DNA of 61,084 bases from a bacterium (GCA_018400405.1 JAGYMX010000001.1:1-61084); one strand, 5' to 3'. Positions 33,736 through 43,651 are shown, numbered from the stretch's first letter. A program made the numbers and translations. The notes: a model not told the origin generated them from the sequence alone.

Positions 33736-35111
33736 ATTTTTTCAAATTTTTCTGTAGCAAAAAATAAAATGTCTTCATGAAATCTTTTCGCTAAAATTTG
33801 TGCCCCTACAGGAAGCCCTTTACTTTCTCCACAAGGAAGAGAAATCGCGGGAAGTCCTGCAAGATTTGCTGTTACTGTAAAGATATCAGAAAGGTGCATA
33901 GAAAGAGGGTCTTCTATCTTCTCTCCTATTTTAAAAGGGAGCGTCGGGGTTACAGGAGTAAGAATTACATCAACCTTTCGAAATGCTTTATCAAAATCTT
34001 CAGCAATAAGAGATCTTATTTTCTGTGCTTTTATATAATACGCATCATAATAACCCGCAGAAAGAGAGTAAGTTCCTAGAATAATTCTTCTTTTAACTTC
34101 TTTTCCAAAACCTTCTCCTCTATTCTTCAGATATGCTTCTTCTATTGTTTTCGCTTTTGGACGCTCAAACTCTAAACCATAACGTATTCCATCGTAACGT
34201 GCCATATTTGCAGAAACTTCCGAAGCCATAATAATTTCATAAGCAGGTAGGGCATACTCCGTATGCGGCAAACTTATCTCTTCTATCTCAAAATCTGATC
34301 CTTTTATTTTTGCAATCGCTTTTTCTATATTCTTCTTTATATCTTCTTCAATCCCTTTTACAAAGTATTCTTTCGGAATCCCAATTTTTATTTTATTTTT
34401 TACTTTTTTACGCAAAAGATCACTCGTTACCGAATCACGGTAATCTTTTCCTTGAATCGCTTCAAAAATAATTTTTGCATCTTCTACACTATTTGCAAAA
34501 GGCCCTACTTGGTCAAAAGAAGAAGCCATGCTCATTACTCCACTTCGAGAAACAGTTCCATATGTCGGCTTAAAACCCACTACACCGCAAAAAGCCGCCG
34601 GTTGTCTAATAGATCCACCAGTATCAGATCCAATTCCCGCATTACACATTTTATCAGCAACTGCCGCGGCTGGGCCACCGGAAGAACCTCCAGGAACCCT
34701 TTGTGTGTTCAATGGATTTTTTGTCGGTCCAAAAGAAGAATTTTCTGTAGAAGAGCCCATTGCAAACTCATCTAAATTTCCTTTCCCAATAAAAACTCCT
34801 CCTTTTTCTTTTATCTTTTCAATGACAGTAGCGTCAAAAGGAGCGATATAATGTTCAAGTATCTTTGATCCTGCAGTACAACGCTCTCCTTTTATCAAAA
34901 TATTATCTTTAATGACAAAGACCGCGCCGTAAAGGGGAAGGTTTTTATCTTTTTTCTCCATCTCTTCTTGTGCATTTTCAAAAACAGAAAGAAGAGCATT
35001 AATCTCTTTATTTCTTTCTTTTATCCGTGAAAGAAAAGAAGAAACAACTTTTTTGGGAGAAGTTTTCCCGCTTCTTAATTTTTCTTGAGTTTCTTTGATT
35101 GTTGTTTTCAT
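33720..35111 (-). CDS. gatA: Glu-tRNA(Gln) amidotransferase subunit A
   Basis: 463 aa. Amidase signature GGSSGGPAAAVA...GSDTGGSIRQPA. Confidence 0.95.
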   Translation of the reverse strand: MKTTIKETQEKLRSGKTSPKKVVSSFLSRIKERNKEINALLSVFENAQEEMEKKDKNLPLYGAVFVIKDNILIKGERCTAGSKILEHYIAPFDATVIEKIKEKGGVFIGKGNLDEFAMGSSTENSSFGPTKNPLNTQRVPGGSSGGPAAAVADKMCNAGIGSDTGGSIRQPAAFCGVVGFKPTYGTVSRSGVMSMASSFDQVGPFANSVEDAKIIFEAIQGKDYRDSVTSDLLRKKVKNKIKIGIPKEYFVKGIEEDIKKNIEKAIAKIKGSDFEIEEISLPHTEYALPAYEIIMASEVSANMARYDGIRYGLEFERPKAKTIEEAYLKNRGEGFGKEVKRRIILGTYSLSAGYYDAYYIKAQKIRSLIAEDFDKAFRKVDVILTPVTPTLPFKIGEKIEDPLSMHLSDIFTVTANLAGLPAISLPCGESKGLPVGAQILAKRFHEDILFFATEKFEKIWLNK

Positions 35112-35145
35112 CTTACAAGCTATTTCATCTTTAAAAAGAAAGCAT

Positions 35146-35430
35146 TTAAAGTATAGATTCCACTTTTAGATAGTCGTTTTTATCTTTTCCCATTTCCATC
35201 ATCTTTTTTTGCGTCTCCCTATCTACTGTTCTTGATTCGTCTTCACGAACTACATTTTTCAATTCCGGAAAATGAAAAAGTGGTTCTACGGAATCCGTAC
35301 CTATATCACTTAGTTTTTGAATATACTCTAAAATAGATTTAAGTTGACTAGGAACCTCCGACAACTCTTTTTTGCTTAATCGAATACGCGCAAGATGTGC
35401 TAATTTTTCAACTTCTTTTTTTTCAATCAT
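35146..35430 (-). CDS. gatC: Asp/Glu-tRNA amidotransferase subunit C
   Basis: 94 aa. VEKLAHLARIRLSKKE... typical GatC, immediately upstream of gatA. Confidence 0.88.
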   Translation of the reverse strand: MIEKKEVEKLAHLARIRLSKKELSEVPSQLKSILEYIQKLSDIGTDSVEPLFHFPELKNVVREDESRTVDRETQKKMMEMGKDKNDYLKVESIL

Positions 35431-35432
35431 AT

Positions 35433-36485
35433 TTATTTTGGAGGTTCAATATCTTTTGTTTCTAAAAATACTTCCTCATAGCCATCAAGATGTTCCAGAG
35501 CATATCCTGCTCCACGAACAACAGCTGTAAGGGGGTCATCACCCACTTTTGTTTTTATCTTTACTTCTTCTTCAATAAGTTTATCTAATCCCCGCAAAAG
35601 ACTTCCTCCCCCCAAAAGGTGTATCCCTTCGGACATAATGTCTGCAAGAAGCTCCGGAGGAGTTTCTTCAACAGTATCTTTAATTGTTTTCACAATCTCT
35701 TTTACCGACTTTTCCATTGCTTTTCTTATATCAGCATCAGTAACAGTAACTTCTTCTGGAAGACCAGTGACAAGATTTCTTCCTTTAATAGTTGTTTCTT
35801 CTTTTTCTTTAAGTGGAGAAGCAGAACCAATTCTTATTTTTACATCTTCTGCTGTTCTTTCTCCAATAAGAAGTTTAAACTCTCTTTCTGCATAATTAAT
35901 AATATCTTCGTTAAGCTTATCTCCCGCAACGCGCAAACTCCTCGAAATAACCACTCCTCCAAGAGAAATAACCGCTACCTCGGTGGTCCCTCCTCCAATA
36001 TCCACAACAAAGTTTCCTCCCGGATCTTGAATAGAGAGACGAACCCCAATAGCGGCAGCCATCGGCTCCTCTATAAGATAAACTTTCCCTGCTCCGGCAT
36101 TTCTTCCTGCATCTTCTACTGCTCTTCTTTCTACTTCAGTAACTCCGCAAGGAATTCCAATAACAACTCTTGGCCGAGCATGGAGGGGAAAACGATCTTC
36201 ATATGCTTTTTCTATGAAGTAGCGAAGCATCTGTTCAGTCACATCAAAGTCGGAAACTACCCCTGAAACGAGTGGTCTTGTCGCCACAATATGGCTTGGT
36301 GTTTTTCCTACCATCTTTCTTGCTTCTTCTCCAATTGCTAAAATCTGTCCAGTCTTGTTATTTACTGCTACTACAGAAGGCTCAGACATCGTAATTCCTT
36401 TTCCCCTTACATAAACCAAGCAGTTTGCCGTACCAAGATCAATCCCAATATCCAAAGAAAGTTTACTAAATATTTTTTTGAACAT
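35433..36485 (-). CDS. mreB: Rod-shape-determining actin homologue MreB (paralogue 1)
   Basis: 350 aa. GIDLGTANCLVYV, VDIGGGTTEVAVISLGG, LLGGGSLLRGLD. Confidence 0.93.
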   Translation of the reverse strand: MFKKIFSKLSLDIGIDLGTANCLVYVRGKGITMSEPSVVAVNNKTGQILAIGEEARKMVGKTPSHIVATRPLVSGVVSDFDVTEQMLRYFIEKAYEDRFPLHARPRVVIGIPCGVTEVERRAVEDAGRNAGAGKVYLIEEPMAAAIGVRLSIQDPGGNFVVDIGGGTTEVAVISLGGVVISRSLRVAGDKLNEDIINYAEREFKLLIGERTAEDVKIRIGSASPLKEKEETTIKGRNLVTGLPEEVTVTDADIRKAMEKSVKEIVKTIKDTVEETPPELLADIMSEGIHLLGGGSLLRGLDKLIEEEVKIKTKVGDDPLTAVVRGAGYALEHLDGYEEVFLETKDIEPPK

Positions 36486-37707
36486 ATTTTATAACTTCGT
36501 TTATTTTCACAAACTCTTCTTCTTCTTTTTCCCTTTTTTTTATCTCTACAGAATCTTTTTCTAAGGTTTTTCCACTAACAACAATTCTCAAAGGAATTCC
36601 CAAAAGATCACTTTCAATAAGCTTCTCTCCAGGCCTTTTTTCCCGATCATCAAAAAGAATATCTATTCCTTCTTGAAGAAACAAATTATATAATTTTTCT
36701 GCTTCTTTGTCAGCATTTAGCGAAAGAAGGTGTACAGAAAAAGGAGCAATATTTTTTGGCCAAACAATTCCTCTTTCATCAGAAAGAACTTCTACCACTG
36801 CTCCCATTACTCTACTTATTCCTATTCCGTAACAGCCCATAACCACCAGGTTTTCTTTTCCTTCTTTGTCTTTATAAGTAAGTCCAAACGGCTTAGAGAA
36901 GCGCGTATAAAGAGGAAAAATGTTTCCAACTTCTATCGCTTTTTTTTCTTCTAAGTCACTAATATCTTTTTTACATTTCGGGCATCTCTTTGTTGTTTCA
37001 ATTATCTCTTTATTTATTGCTATTTTACAGTCTTTACAAAGATAAATATCATCTTCTCCAGAATTAGTAATTGTTTGAAATTCGTGAGAATATTTAGAAA
37101 AAGTTCCTCCGGAGGCAAGAGTAATATATGTTTTTTCCCCTATTCCAAGACGCTTATATATTCTTAAATACACCTCCTTTACTCTCTCATAGTACTCGTG
37201 TAAAGAGTTTTCATTTTCATGAAAAGAATAAAGGTCTTTCATTAAAAACTCTCTTCCACGTAAAATACCTGATTTTGCACGAAGTTCATTGCGAAACTTT
37301 GTTTGAATTTGGAAAATACCACAAGGAAGATCTTTATAAGAAGAAACAAACTTTTTAAAAAGAGGAACAACTATCTCTTCGTGACTCTGCCCCAAGACAA
37401 GATCCCCCCCGCTGTTAAGCTTTGTGTGGAAAAGAACATCTATTTTTTCTCTCCCTGTTTTTTTATAATTTGAAAGAGGATGAAGAGCAGGCATAACGAT
37501 CTCTTGCGCTCCAAGAGAATTTTTCATCTCTTCGCGAATTACATTTTCTATCTTTCTTATTACCCGAAGGCCAAGTGGTAAAAAAGAATAGACTCCTGCC
37601 ATTTCTTTGTTTATATATCCTCCTCTTAAAAGAAGACGCGCATTTTGAGAAACTTCGTTCTTTTCTACTTCTTTTTTTGTTTTTGTAAAAAGAATTGACT
37701 GTCTCAT
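36466..37707 (-). CDS. proS: Prolyl-tRNA synthetase, bacterial-type core without INS editing domain; Cys4 insertion
   Basis: 413 aa. Motif 2 FRNELRAKSGILRGREF, motif 3 GCYGIGISRVMG, C-terminal anticodon-binding domain. CKDC-x14-CPKC lies between motifs 2 and 3, where INS normally sits. Confidence 0.88.
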   Translation of the reverse strand: MRQSILFTKTKKEVEKNEVSQNARLLLRGGYINKEMAGVYSFLPLGLRVIRKIENVIREEMKNSLGAQEIVMPALHPLSNYKKTGREKIDVLFHTKLNSGGDLVLGQSHEEIVVPLFKKFVSSYKDLPCGIFQIQTKFRNELRAKSGILRGREFLMKDLYSFHENENSLHEYYERVKEVYLRIYKRLGIGEKTYITLASGGTFSKYSHEFQTITNSGEDDIYLCKDCKIAINKEIIETTKRCPKCKKDISDLEEKKAIEVGNIFPLYTRFSKPFGLTYKDKEGKENLVVMGCYGIGISRVMGAVVEVLSDERGIVWPKNIAPFSVHLLSLNADKEAEKLYNLFLQEGIDILFDDREKRPGEKLIESDLLGIPLRIVVSGKTLEKDSVEIKKREKEEEEFVKINEVIKYVQKNI

Positions 37708-38774
37708 AATCCAAGATCTTTAACAGTTATAAAAATCATTAACCCTATAAGAAGAAAGAAAAAGAGAGTATTCAAATAGTACTCTGTTTTTTCTGAAATA
37801 GGTTCTCCTTTTATCTTCTCTATTCCTAAAAACATCAATCTTCCTCCATCAAGTGCGGGAATAGGAAGAATGTTTAAAATAGCAAGAGAAATAGTAACTG
37901 TCCCTAAAAACTGAAGAAAATCAGAAATTCCACGTGTAAAAGCACCTGCTCCAATATCGATAATTGCTACCGGCCCTCCTACCTCCATTCCCGGAGGAAG
38001 CTCCTTTCCTGTAAGGAAAGAAATAAGAAGAGTGTAAAATCCTTTTAAAACTCCTACTGTCATTCTTCCTGTCATTACCAGCCCTTCTATCGGCGCATAA
38101 AACCAGGGCACTTTTTCTTTTGTTGTCAGCACCATAGCAACCCCAACAGAACCTTCACGCTCTGTATAATCTTCTCTTGGAGTTAAAGAAAAAGAAAGAG
38201 TTTCTTCCCCACGCATTACTTTTATATCTATTTTTTCTCCCTTTTTTTCTTCAAGTATTGCTACAGCATCAGTAGGCTTTTCTATAATTTCCCCATCTAT
38301 TTCTTGTAATACATCTCCTGGATTTATTCCTGCATTTTTTGCTGGAGAGTCAGCAACTGTTTCGGTAATAAAAATTTCCGCTTCCGGATAAGCACTTTTT
38401 TCAAACTCCTCTTCTGTGATCGCCGTACGTACACCAACTGCAGAGTGTAAAGAAAAAATAAAAAAAGCAATAACAAAAAAAGCAGCAACTCCCGCAGAAA
38501 CAATTAACGCTCTCTGATAAATAGGTTTAGAAGAAAAACTTCTTTTATCGTTTACTTTTCTGTCCTCTCCGTACAGCCTTACAAAACCTCCAAAAGGAAT
38601 AAGGTTTACCGAATAAATTGTTTCACCGATCTTTTTTCCAAAAATTCTTGGGGGAATCCCAACGCCAAACTCCTCAACTTTTACATCACACTTCTTTGCA
38701 ACCCAAAAATGACCCAGTTCATGAAGAAGGATAAGAACAATAAGTGACAAAATAATAATTAAAATCGGAGGCAT
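37704..38774 (-). CDS. rseP: Site-2 (RseP/M50) intramembrane zinc metalloprotease with PDZ domain
   Basis: 356 aa. HELGHF zinc motif, PDZ (SPAKNAGINPGDVL), LNILPIPALDGG. Confidence 0.9.
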   Translation of the reverse strand: MPPILIIILSLIVLILLHELGHFWVAKKCDVKVEEFGVGIPPRIFGKKIGETIYSVNLIPFGGFVRLYGEDRKVNDKRSFSSKPIYQRALIVSAGVAAFFVIAFFIFSLHSAVGVRTAITEEEFEKSAYPEAEIFITETVADSPAKNAGINPGDVLQEIDGEIIEKPTDAVAILEEKKGEKIDIKVMRGEETLSFSLTPREDYTEREGSVGVAMVLTTKEKVPWFYAPIEGLVMTGRMTVGVLKGFYTLLISFLTGKELPPGMEVGGPVAIIDIGAGAFTRGISDFLQFLGTVTISLAILNILPIPALDGGRLMFLGIEKIKGEPISEKTEYYLNTLFFFLLIGLMIFITVKDLGL

Positions 38775-38777
38775 AAT

Positions 38778-39338
38778 TTAGTTTTTTATTTCTCTTTCTC
38801 TTTTTTCTACCGTTTCATCGACTTTTTTATTATACTCATCAATGATTTCTTGAAGTTCATCTTTTGACCGATATTTTTCATCTTCTGTCACTTCTCCTTG
38901 TTGAAACTTTTCTTGTATTTTTTTCCACACATCTTCTCTTGCTCTTTTCAGGCTTACCCGCGCATCTTCTTTTTTATCGGAAAGAATCTTTAAAAGATTT
39001 TTTCTATACTCTTCTGTAAGAGAAGGAAGCACTATCCGTATAGAATTTTCTTCAATTGTGGGACTTAACCCTGCTTCTGATTTTTGCAAAGCAAGAACAA
39101 TATCTTTCATATAACTTTTATCCCACGGCTGTATAAGTATCTGCCTTTGCTCCGGGCAAGATATCGCCGCAAGTTGTTTTAGTGGCAAGCGTTGATCAAA
39201 ACAATCAACAACTATGTCTTCTACTAAAGAAGGTGTTGCTCTATCCGCTCTTATTTTTTTTAGCTCTTCTATAAGATACCTTACCGCTTTTTCCATTTCA
39301 GGTTTCACGGATTCTACAATTTTTTTGTATTCAGACAT
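38778..39338 (-). CDS. frr: Ribosome recycling factor
   Basis: 186 aa. Typical RRF sequence (...IRADRATPSLVEDI..., LTEEYRKNL). Confidence 0.93.
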   Translation of the reverse strand: MSEYKKIVESVKPEMEKAVRYLIEELKKIRADRATPSLVEDIVVDCFDQRLPLKQLAAISCPEQRQILIQPWDKSYMKDIVLALQKSEAGLSPTIEENSIRIVLPSLTEEYRKNLLKILSDKKEDARVSLKRAREDVWKKIQEKFQQGEVTEDEKYRSKDELQEIIDEYNKKVDETVEKREREIKN

Positions 39339-39394
39339 ATTTTAAAATTAGTTAAAGTAATAAATATTTAATTAAAAAATAAGTTATCTTTTAA

Positions 39395-40270
39395 TTACAC
39401 CTGCACTGCAACTTCTTCCATTATAAGCTGTATATTAATATTTGTCTTTTGATTTAAAAAAATTGCTTCTTCGATCTTTTTTATAGCATCTCGTTCTTTC
39501 TCTGTTTTTTTTCTTTTTTCAATCTGTAGAAACATTTCTTCTCTTACTGTTTTTAACCAACAAAAAAGAAAAGTTTCCGTGTTTTTTTTCTCCACCGCTT
39601 CTTTGATAAGAGCAAATCGCGAAACAACATCTTCTTTTAACATTTTTCGTGCTTTTTTTTCTATCTCTTCCATTTCCCTTTTTTTCTCTGGATAACGAAG
39701 ATAGTTTATTGCAATTCCTGGGCAACCAAAAGAAAGTGCAGCAACTTTTTTGTTATTTAGGATACTTTCTATCTCTTTTTTAGAAACAAACGAAAAATTT
39801 ATTTTAAAAACCCTTGATAAAACAGTAGAAAGAATAACATCTGGATACTCTGTTACCAAAACAATCACTGTATTTTCTGGGGGTTCTTCAAGTGTCTTTA
39901 AAAGTGCATTCTGTGCTTGAAGGTTCATCAAATGAGCATTATCAATAATCACTCCCTTAAATCTCCCTCTTGTGCTTTTAAAAGATATCTTTCTGATAAC
40001 TTCTTCAATCTGTCCAAGCTGAATCTCTTTTTTTTCTGGAGAAATAAAAAACACATCTGCAGAAACCCCTTCTTCTATTTCTTTGCACGACAAACACTTC
40101 TCACAAGGAGAAAGATCTCCCTTTTCACAATTTAGCGTTTTCAGAAGCCAAAACGCTATCTTCTTTTTTCCTACACTCTCCGGGCCAGTAAAAAGTAGGG
40201 CTTGCGGGAGTTTCTTTCTAGAAATAAGAGTCTTTATTTTTTCTATCTGTTCTTTATGTCCGATAATCAT
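39395..40270 (-). CDS. holB: DNA polymerase III delta' subunit
   Basis: 291 aa. AAA+ fold, LLFTGPESVGKK, Zn module C-x8-C-xx-C-xx-C, LKTLEEPP. Confidence 0.85.
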   Translation of the reverse strand: MIIGHKEQIEKIKTLISRKKLPQALLFTGPESVGKKKIAFWLLKTLNCEKGDLSPCEKCLSCKEIEEGVSADVFFISPEKKEIQLGQIEEVIRKISFKSTRGRFKGVIIDNAHLMNLQAQNALLKTLEEPPENTVIVLVTEYPDVILSTVLSRVFKINFSFVSKKEIESILNNKKVAALSFGCPGIAINYLRYPEKKREMEEIEKKARKMLKEDVVSRFALIKEAVEKKNTETFLFCWLKTVREEMFLQIEKRKKTEKERDAIKKIEEAIFLNQKTNINIQLIMEEVAVQV

Positions 40271-40290
40271 ATAACTTTATCTAAAAAAAA

Positions 40291-41292
40291 TTATTTACGC
40301 ATTATACTTCTTTTATAGGCATCTAAATTATCAAGAACAACTCCTGCTCCTCGAGCAACAGAAAGAAGTGCTTCTTCGGCAACAAAAGAAGGGACGCCAG
40401 TCTTCTCTGTGATCAAAACATCAATATTTTGGAGAAGAGAACCACCTCCAGTAAGAACCATTCCTTTATCCATAATGTCCGCAGAAAGTTCTGGAGGTGT
40501 TTCTCTTAAAACTTGTTTTACAACTTTTATAATTTCTTCTAATGTTCCTTCTATCGCTTCTTGAGCTTCGTTAGAAGATATTTTGATATTTTTTGGAAGT
40601 CCGGAAATAAGGTCTCTTCCCCTTACTTCCATTATTTTTTCTGTTTTTTCTTTTATTGCTGTTCCAATGTTTATCTTTAATTCTTCTACACTTTTTTCCC
40701 CGAGAGCAATGTTGTGTTTTTCTTTAATATATGCTGATATAGCAAAATCCATACTATCTCCTGCAACACGTATAGAACGAGCAACGACTACTCCTCCAAG
40801 AGAAATAACTGCTATTTCTGTTGTTCCTCCACCAATATCAACAACCATGTGCCCAGAGCAAGACGCTATTGGAATACCCGCTCCAATAGCCGCTAAAATT
40901 GGTTCTTTTACCGTATAAACTGCTCTTGCACCAGCAGAAATTCCCGCCTCAATAACTGCCCTTTTTTCTGTAGAAGTGATCCCTGCGGGAACACCAACCA
41001 TCAACTCCGGCTTAATAAACTTCAAGCCAGGAGATTTTTGAATAAAGTAACGAAGCATAGCTTCTGTTATTCGGTACTCAGCAATAACTCCGTCTTTTAA
41101 CGGACGATAAACTTTTATTTCATCGGGAGTTCTTCCGGTCATCTCTTTCGCCTCCTTGCCCACGGCAAGAATTTTATTTTCATAAATACTAACCGCAACC
41201 ACCGACGGCTCATTTAAAATAATTTCTTTTCCAGGGGCAAAAACAAGTGAGTTACAAGTCCCCAAATCTATTCCTATTTTTCTTGAAAACAT
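40291..41292 (-). CDS. mreB: MreB paralogue 2
   Basis: 333 aa. IGIDLGTCNSLVF, VDIGGGTTEIAVISLGG, LTGGGSLLQNID. Roughly half of the residues are identical to paralogue 1 by eye. Confidence 0.9.
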   Translation of the reverse strand: MFSRKIGIDLGTCNSLVFAPGKEIILNEPSVVAVSIYENKILAVGKEAKEMTGRTPDEIKVYRPLKDGVIAEYRITEAMLRYFIQKSPGLKFIKPELMVGVPAGITSTEKRAVIEAGISAGARAVYTVKEPILAAIGAGIPIASCSGHMVVDIGGGTTEIAVISLGGVVVARSIRVAGDSMDFAISAYIKEKHNIALGEKSVEELKINIGTAIKEKTEKIMEVRGRDLISGLPKNIKISSNEAQEAIEGTLEEIIKVVKQVLRETPPELSADIMDKGMVLTGGGSLLQNIDVLITEKTGVPSFVAEEALLSVARGAGVVLDNLDAYKRSIMRK

Positions 41293-41328
41293 ATTTTACA
41301 GGATTAAATTATCTTCTTAAAAATATAT

Positions 41329-42621
41329 TTAATTTTTAATTCTTCTAATTTTTGCCCCTATATTAGAAAGACGCTTTTCGATCTCTTCATATCCTCTGTC
41401 TGCCTGTGAAATATCTTTTATAACTGTTGTTCCTTCAGCAGTAAGTCCAGCTATAATAAGCGCCGCTCCTGCTCGGAGATCTAATGGGTCAAGTTTTGTC
41501 CCGTGTAATCGTGTTGGTCCGTTAATTATCGCTCTATGAGGATCACAGACAACAATCTCTGCGCCCATTTTATTTAATTCTTCTAAGTACTTCAATCTTC
41601 CCTCATAAAGAGGGTCGTGAATAAGAGTAAGCCCTTCTGTTTGCGTAGAAAGTACTCCGATGGGAGATTGTAAATCTGTAGGAATTCCTGGATAAGGCAT
41701 CGTCTGCACTTTTCTTAATACCATTTTTTTTGTTGGTTTTACCAGTACTTCGTTTTCTCTTAGAATAATTTTTCCTCCACTTTTTTTTAATTTTGAAAGA
41801 AAAAGTTTTAAATTTTCTATAGGAACGTTTTTCACACAAACTTCTCCTTTTGTCGCAAGAGCCATCAAAATAAAGGTTCCTGCTTCCAGATAATCGTAAC
41901 AGATAAAGTGCTCTGCTCCAGAAAGAGAATCAACACCCCTTACTTCTATTCTGTTTGTTCCCTCTCCTTTAATATCCGCACCCATTTTTTTTAAAAATAT
42001 AACCAAATCTTGTACGTGCGGCTCAGTAGCAGCAATATTTATTACTGTTTTCCCTTTTGCAAGAACAGCAGCCATCAAAATATTTTCTGTTGCTGTTACC
42101 GAGAACTCATCAAGAACAATATCTCTTCCCTTCAGTTGCTGTTCTGCCTTAAAATGATAAATATTGAAACTTCGCGAACCGTTTTTTTTCAAATCAAAAC
42201 TTTCAATATTCACCCCCATTCTTGCAAAAGCATCAAGGTGCGTATTTATCGGTCTTGCACCGATAACACAACCACCAGGCTGAGATATTTTTAAAGAACG
42301 AAAACGAACAAGAAGAGGTCCGATAAAAAGAATAGAAGACCTCATTTTGTTTATAAGACTAAAGTCTAACTTTCCCGGATCAATATTCTTTGCCGTAATC
42401 TTCACATCTCTTTCCCCAATAAACTCTACTTTCGCTCCCATCTTCTTAATAATTTCGAGCATTTTTCTTACATCTTCAACCAAAGGTAGGTTTTTTAAGA
42501 CACAAGGCTCAGAGGTAAGAAGAGTGGCTGCAATTAGAGGCGTCGTTGCGTTTTTCGACCCCCTTACGTCAATTACCCCCTTAAGTTTACTTTTCCCTTC
42601 AATAATTAATTTATCCGCCAT
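41329..42621 (-). CDS. murA: UDP-N-acetylglucosamine 1-carboxyvinyltransferase
   Basis: 430 aa. GSKNATTPLIAATLL, active-site loop PGGCVIGARPI, EPSP-synthase fold. Confidence 0.94.
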   Translation of the reverse strand: MADKLIIEGKSKLKGVIDVRGSKNATTPLIAATLLTSEPCVLKNLPLVEDVRKMLEIIKKMGAKVEFIGERDVKITAKNIDPGKLDFSLINKMRSSILFIGPLLVRFRSLKISQPGGCVIGARPINTHLDAFARMGVNIESFDLKKNGSRSFNIYHFKAEQQLKGRDIVLDEFSVTATENILMAAVLAKGKTVINIAATEPHVQDLVIFLKKMGADIKGEGTNRIEVRGVDSLSGAEHFICYDYLEAGTFILMALATKGEVCVKNVPIENLKLFLSKLKKSGGKIILRENEVLVKPTKKMVLRKVQTMPYPGIPTDLQSPIGVLSTQTEGLTLIHDPLYEGRLKYLEELNKMGAEIVVCDPHRAIINGPTRLHGTKLDPLDLRAGAALIIAGLTAEGTTVIKDISQADRGYEEIEKRLSNIGAKIRRIKN

Positions 42622-42688
42622 AATTTATAAAGAAATCTAAGCAAAAAGGCATTAATTTTTGTCTCTTTTTTCTTTTTTTTACTCCGTT

Positions 42689-42717
42689 ATTATAGTATAG
42701 AGCACTCTAAATAGCAA
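42689..42717 (-). promoter_or_regulatory. Sigma-70-type promoter, TTGCTA-17-TATAAT, upstream of murA
   Basis: Minus strand TTGCTA(42717-42712) + 17 nt + TATAAT(42694-42689). Confidence 0.6.
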
Positions 42718-42756
42718 ATTGCTCCTTACTTACCAGAATGACAAAACTTGGAGATA

Positions 42757-42783
42757 AATAAAAATCGGAGAGATGCCTCCGAT
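42757..42783 (-). terminator. Intrinsic terminator after rplM-rpsI
   Basis: Minus strand AUCGGAG-GCAUCU-CUCCGAU followed by UUUUUAU, 60 nt after the rpsI stop. Confidence 0.7.
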
Positions 42784-42842
42784 CTTTTAATTCTTGAAGT
42801 AATGTTTTTTTTGTTTTTCTGCGTATTAATCCCTCTAATTTT

Positions 42843-43277
42843 TTATCTTTTCCTCCACTGGGGAGCACGGCGAGCTCTTTTCAGTCCTGGTTTTTTCCTT
42901 TCCCTCATTCTTGGATCACGAGTAAGATATCCTGCAGATTTTAACTGTTTGCGAAAATCTTCATGAAAAACAACCAGTGCACGTGCGATTCCATGGCGAA
43001 CTGCTTCTGCTTGAGATTTTACCCCTCCGCCCTTAATTTTTACAGAAACAAAAAACTTTTTCCGAAGATCTAAATCTTCAAGAGGTGCGGTTACTTTTTT
43101 TTGTAAATTGAAAGTTGGGAAATAATCTTCTAAATTCTTTTCGTTAATCTTAAACCCGTTTTCTTTTCTTTCAAAAAGACGAACAACACAAGTTGATGTT
43201 TTTCTACTTCCTACTGCCTGATAATACTTTTCGCTTTTTTTTGTTATTTTTTTCTTTGTTTTTTCTTTAGTGGCCAT
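42843..43277 (-). CDS. rpsI: 30S ribosomal protein S9 (uS9)
   Basis: 144 aa. C-terminus GLKRARRAPQWRKR. Confidence 0.95.
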   Translation of the reverse strand: MATKEKTKKKITKKSEKYYQAVGSRKTSTCVVRLFERKENGFKINEKNLEDYFPTFNLQKKVTAPLEDLDLRKKFFVSVKIKGGGVKSQAEAVRHGIARALVVFHEDFRKQLKSAGYLTRDPRMRERKKPGLKRARRAPQWRKR

Positions 43278-43651
43278 TATTGTTCTATTTTAAGCCTTTT
43301 TATTCTTTCTTTTCTTAGCTTGTTTTTGGGAAGCATTCCGTAAACCGCTTTCTTTAGTGCAGCAGAAGAGTCCTTTTCAATTAATTTTTTATATGGGGTA
43401 CTTTTTAATCCTCCTGGATATCCTGTGTGATGATAATACTTTTTATCTTCTTTTTTTCTTCCTGTAAACGCTATGTTTTCTATATTTTTTACAACTACAA
43501 AATCTCCCACATCTTCGTACGGAGAGTAATTTTCTTTTCCTTTTCCCATTAAAAGAGACGCTATCTTGGTGGCAACCCTTCCTAATGGTTTCTTTTGTAC
43601 ATCAACAGTAATCGTTTCTCTTTCTTTTGTTTTTAAAACCTTTTTTTCCAT
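43277..43651 (-). CDS. rplM: 50S ribosomal protein L13 (uL13)
   Basis: 124 aa. PLGRVATKIASLLMGK...YYHHTGYPGGLK. Confidence 0.95.
   Translation of the reverse strand: MEKKVLKTKERETITVDVQKKPLGRVATKIASLLMGKGKENYSPYEDVGDFVVVKNIENIAFTGRKKEDKKYYHHTGYPGGLKSTPYKKLIEKDSSAALKKAVYGMLPKNKLRKERIKRLKIEQ

Noticed and set aside
35619-36266. 215-aa and 85-aa plus-strand ORFs inside mreB. Similar long antisense ORFs occur at 57143-57619, 57842-58324, 56018-56425, 46624-47121 and 5859-6293.
   Set aside because: All lie antisense to, or out of frame with, strongly supported conserved genes. Their compositions are biased (F/S/L-rich), as expected from AT-rich antisense frames.
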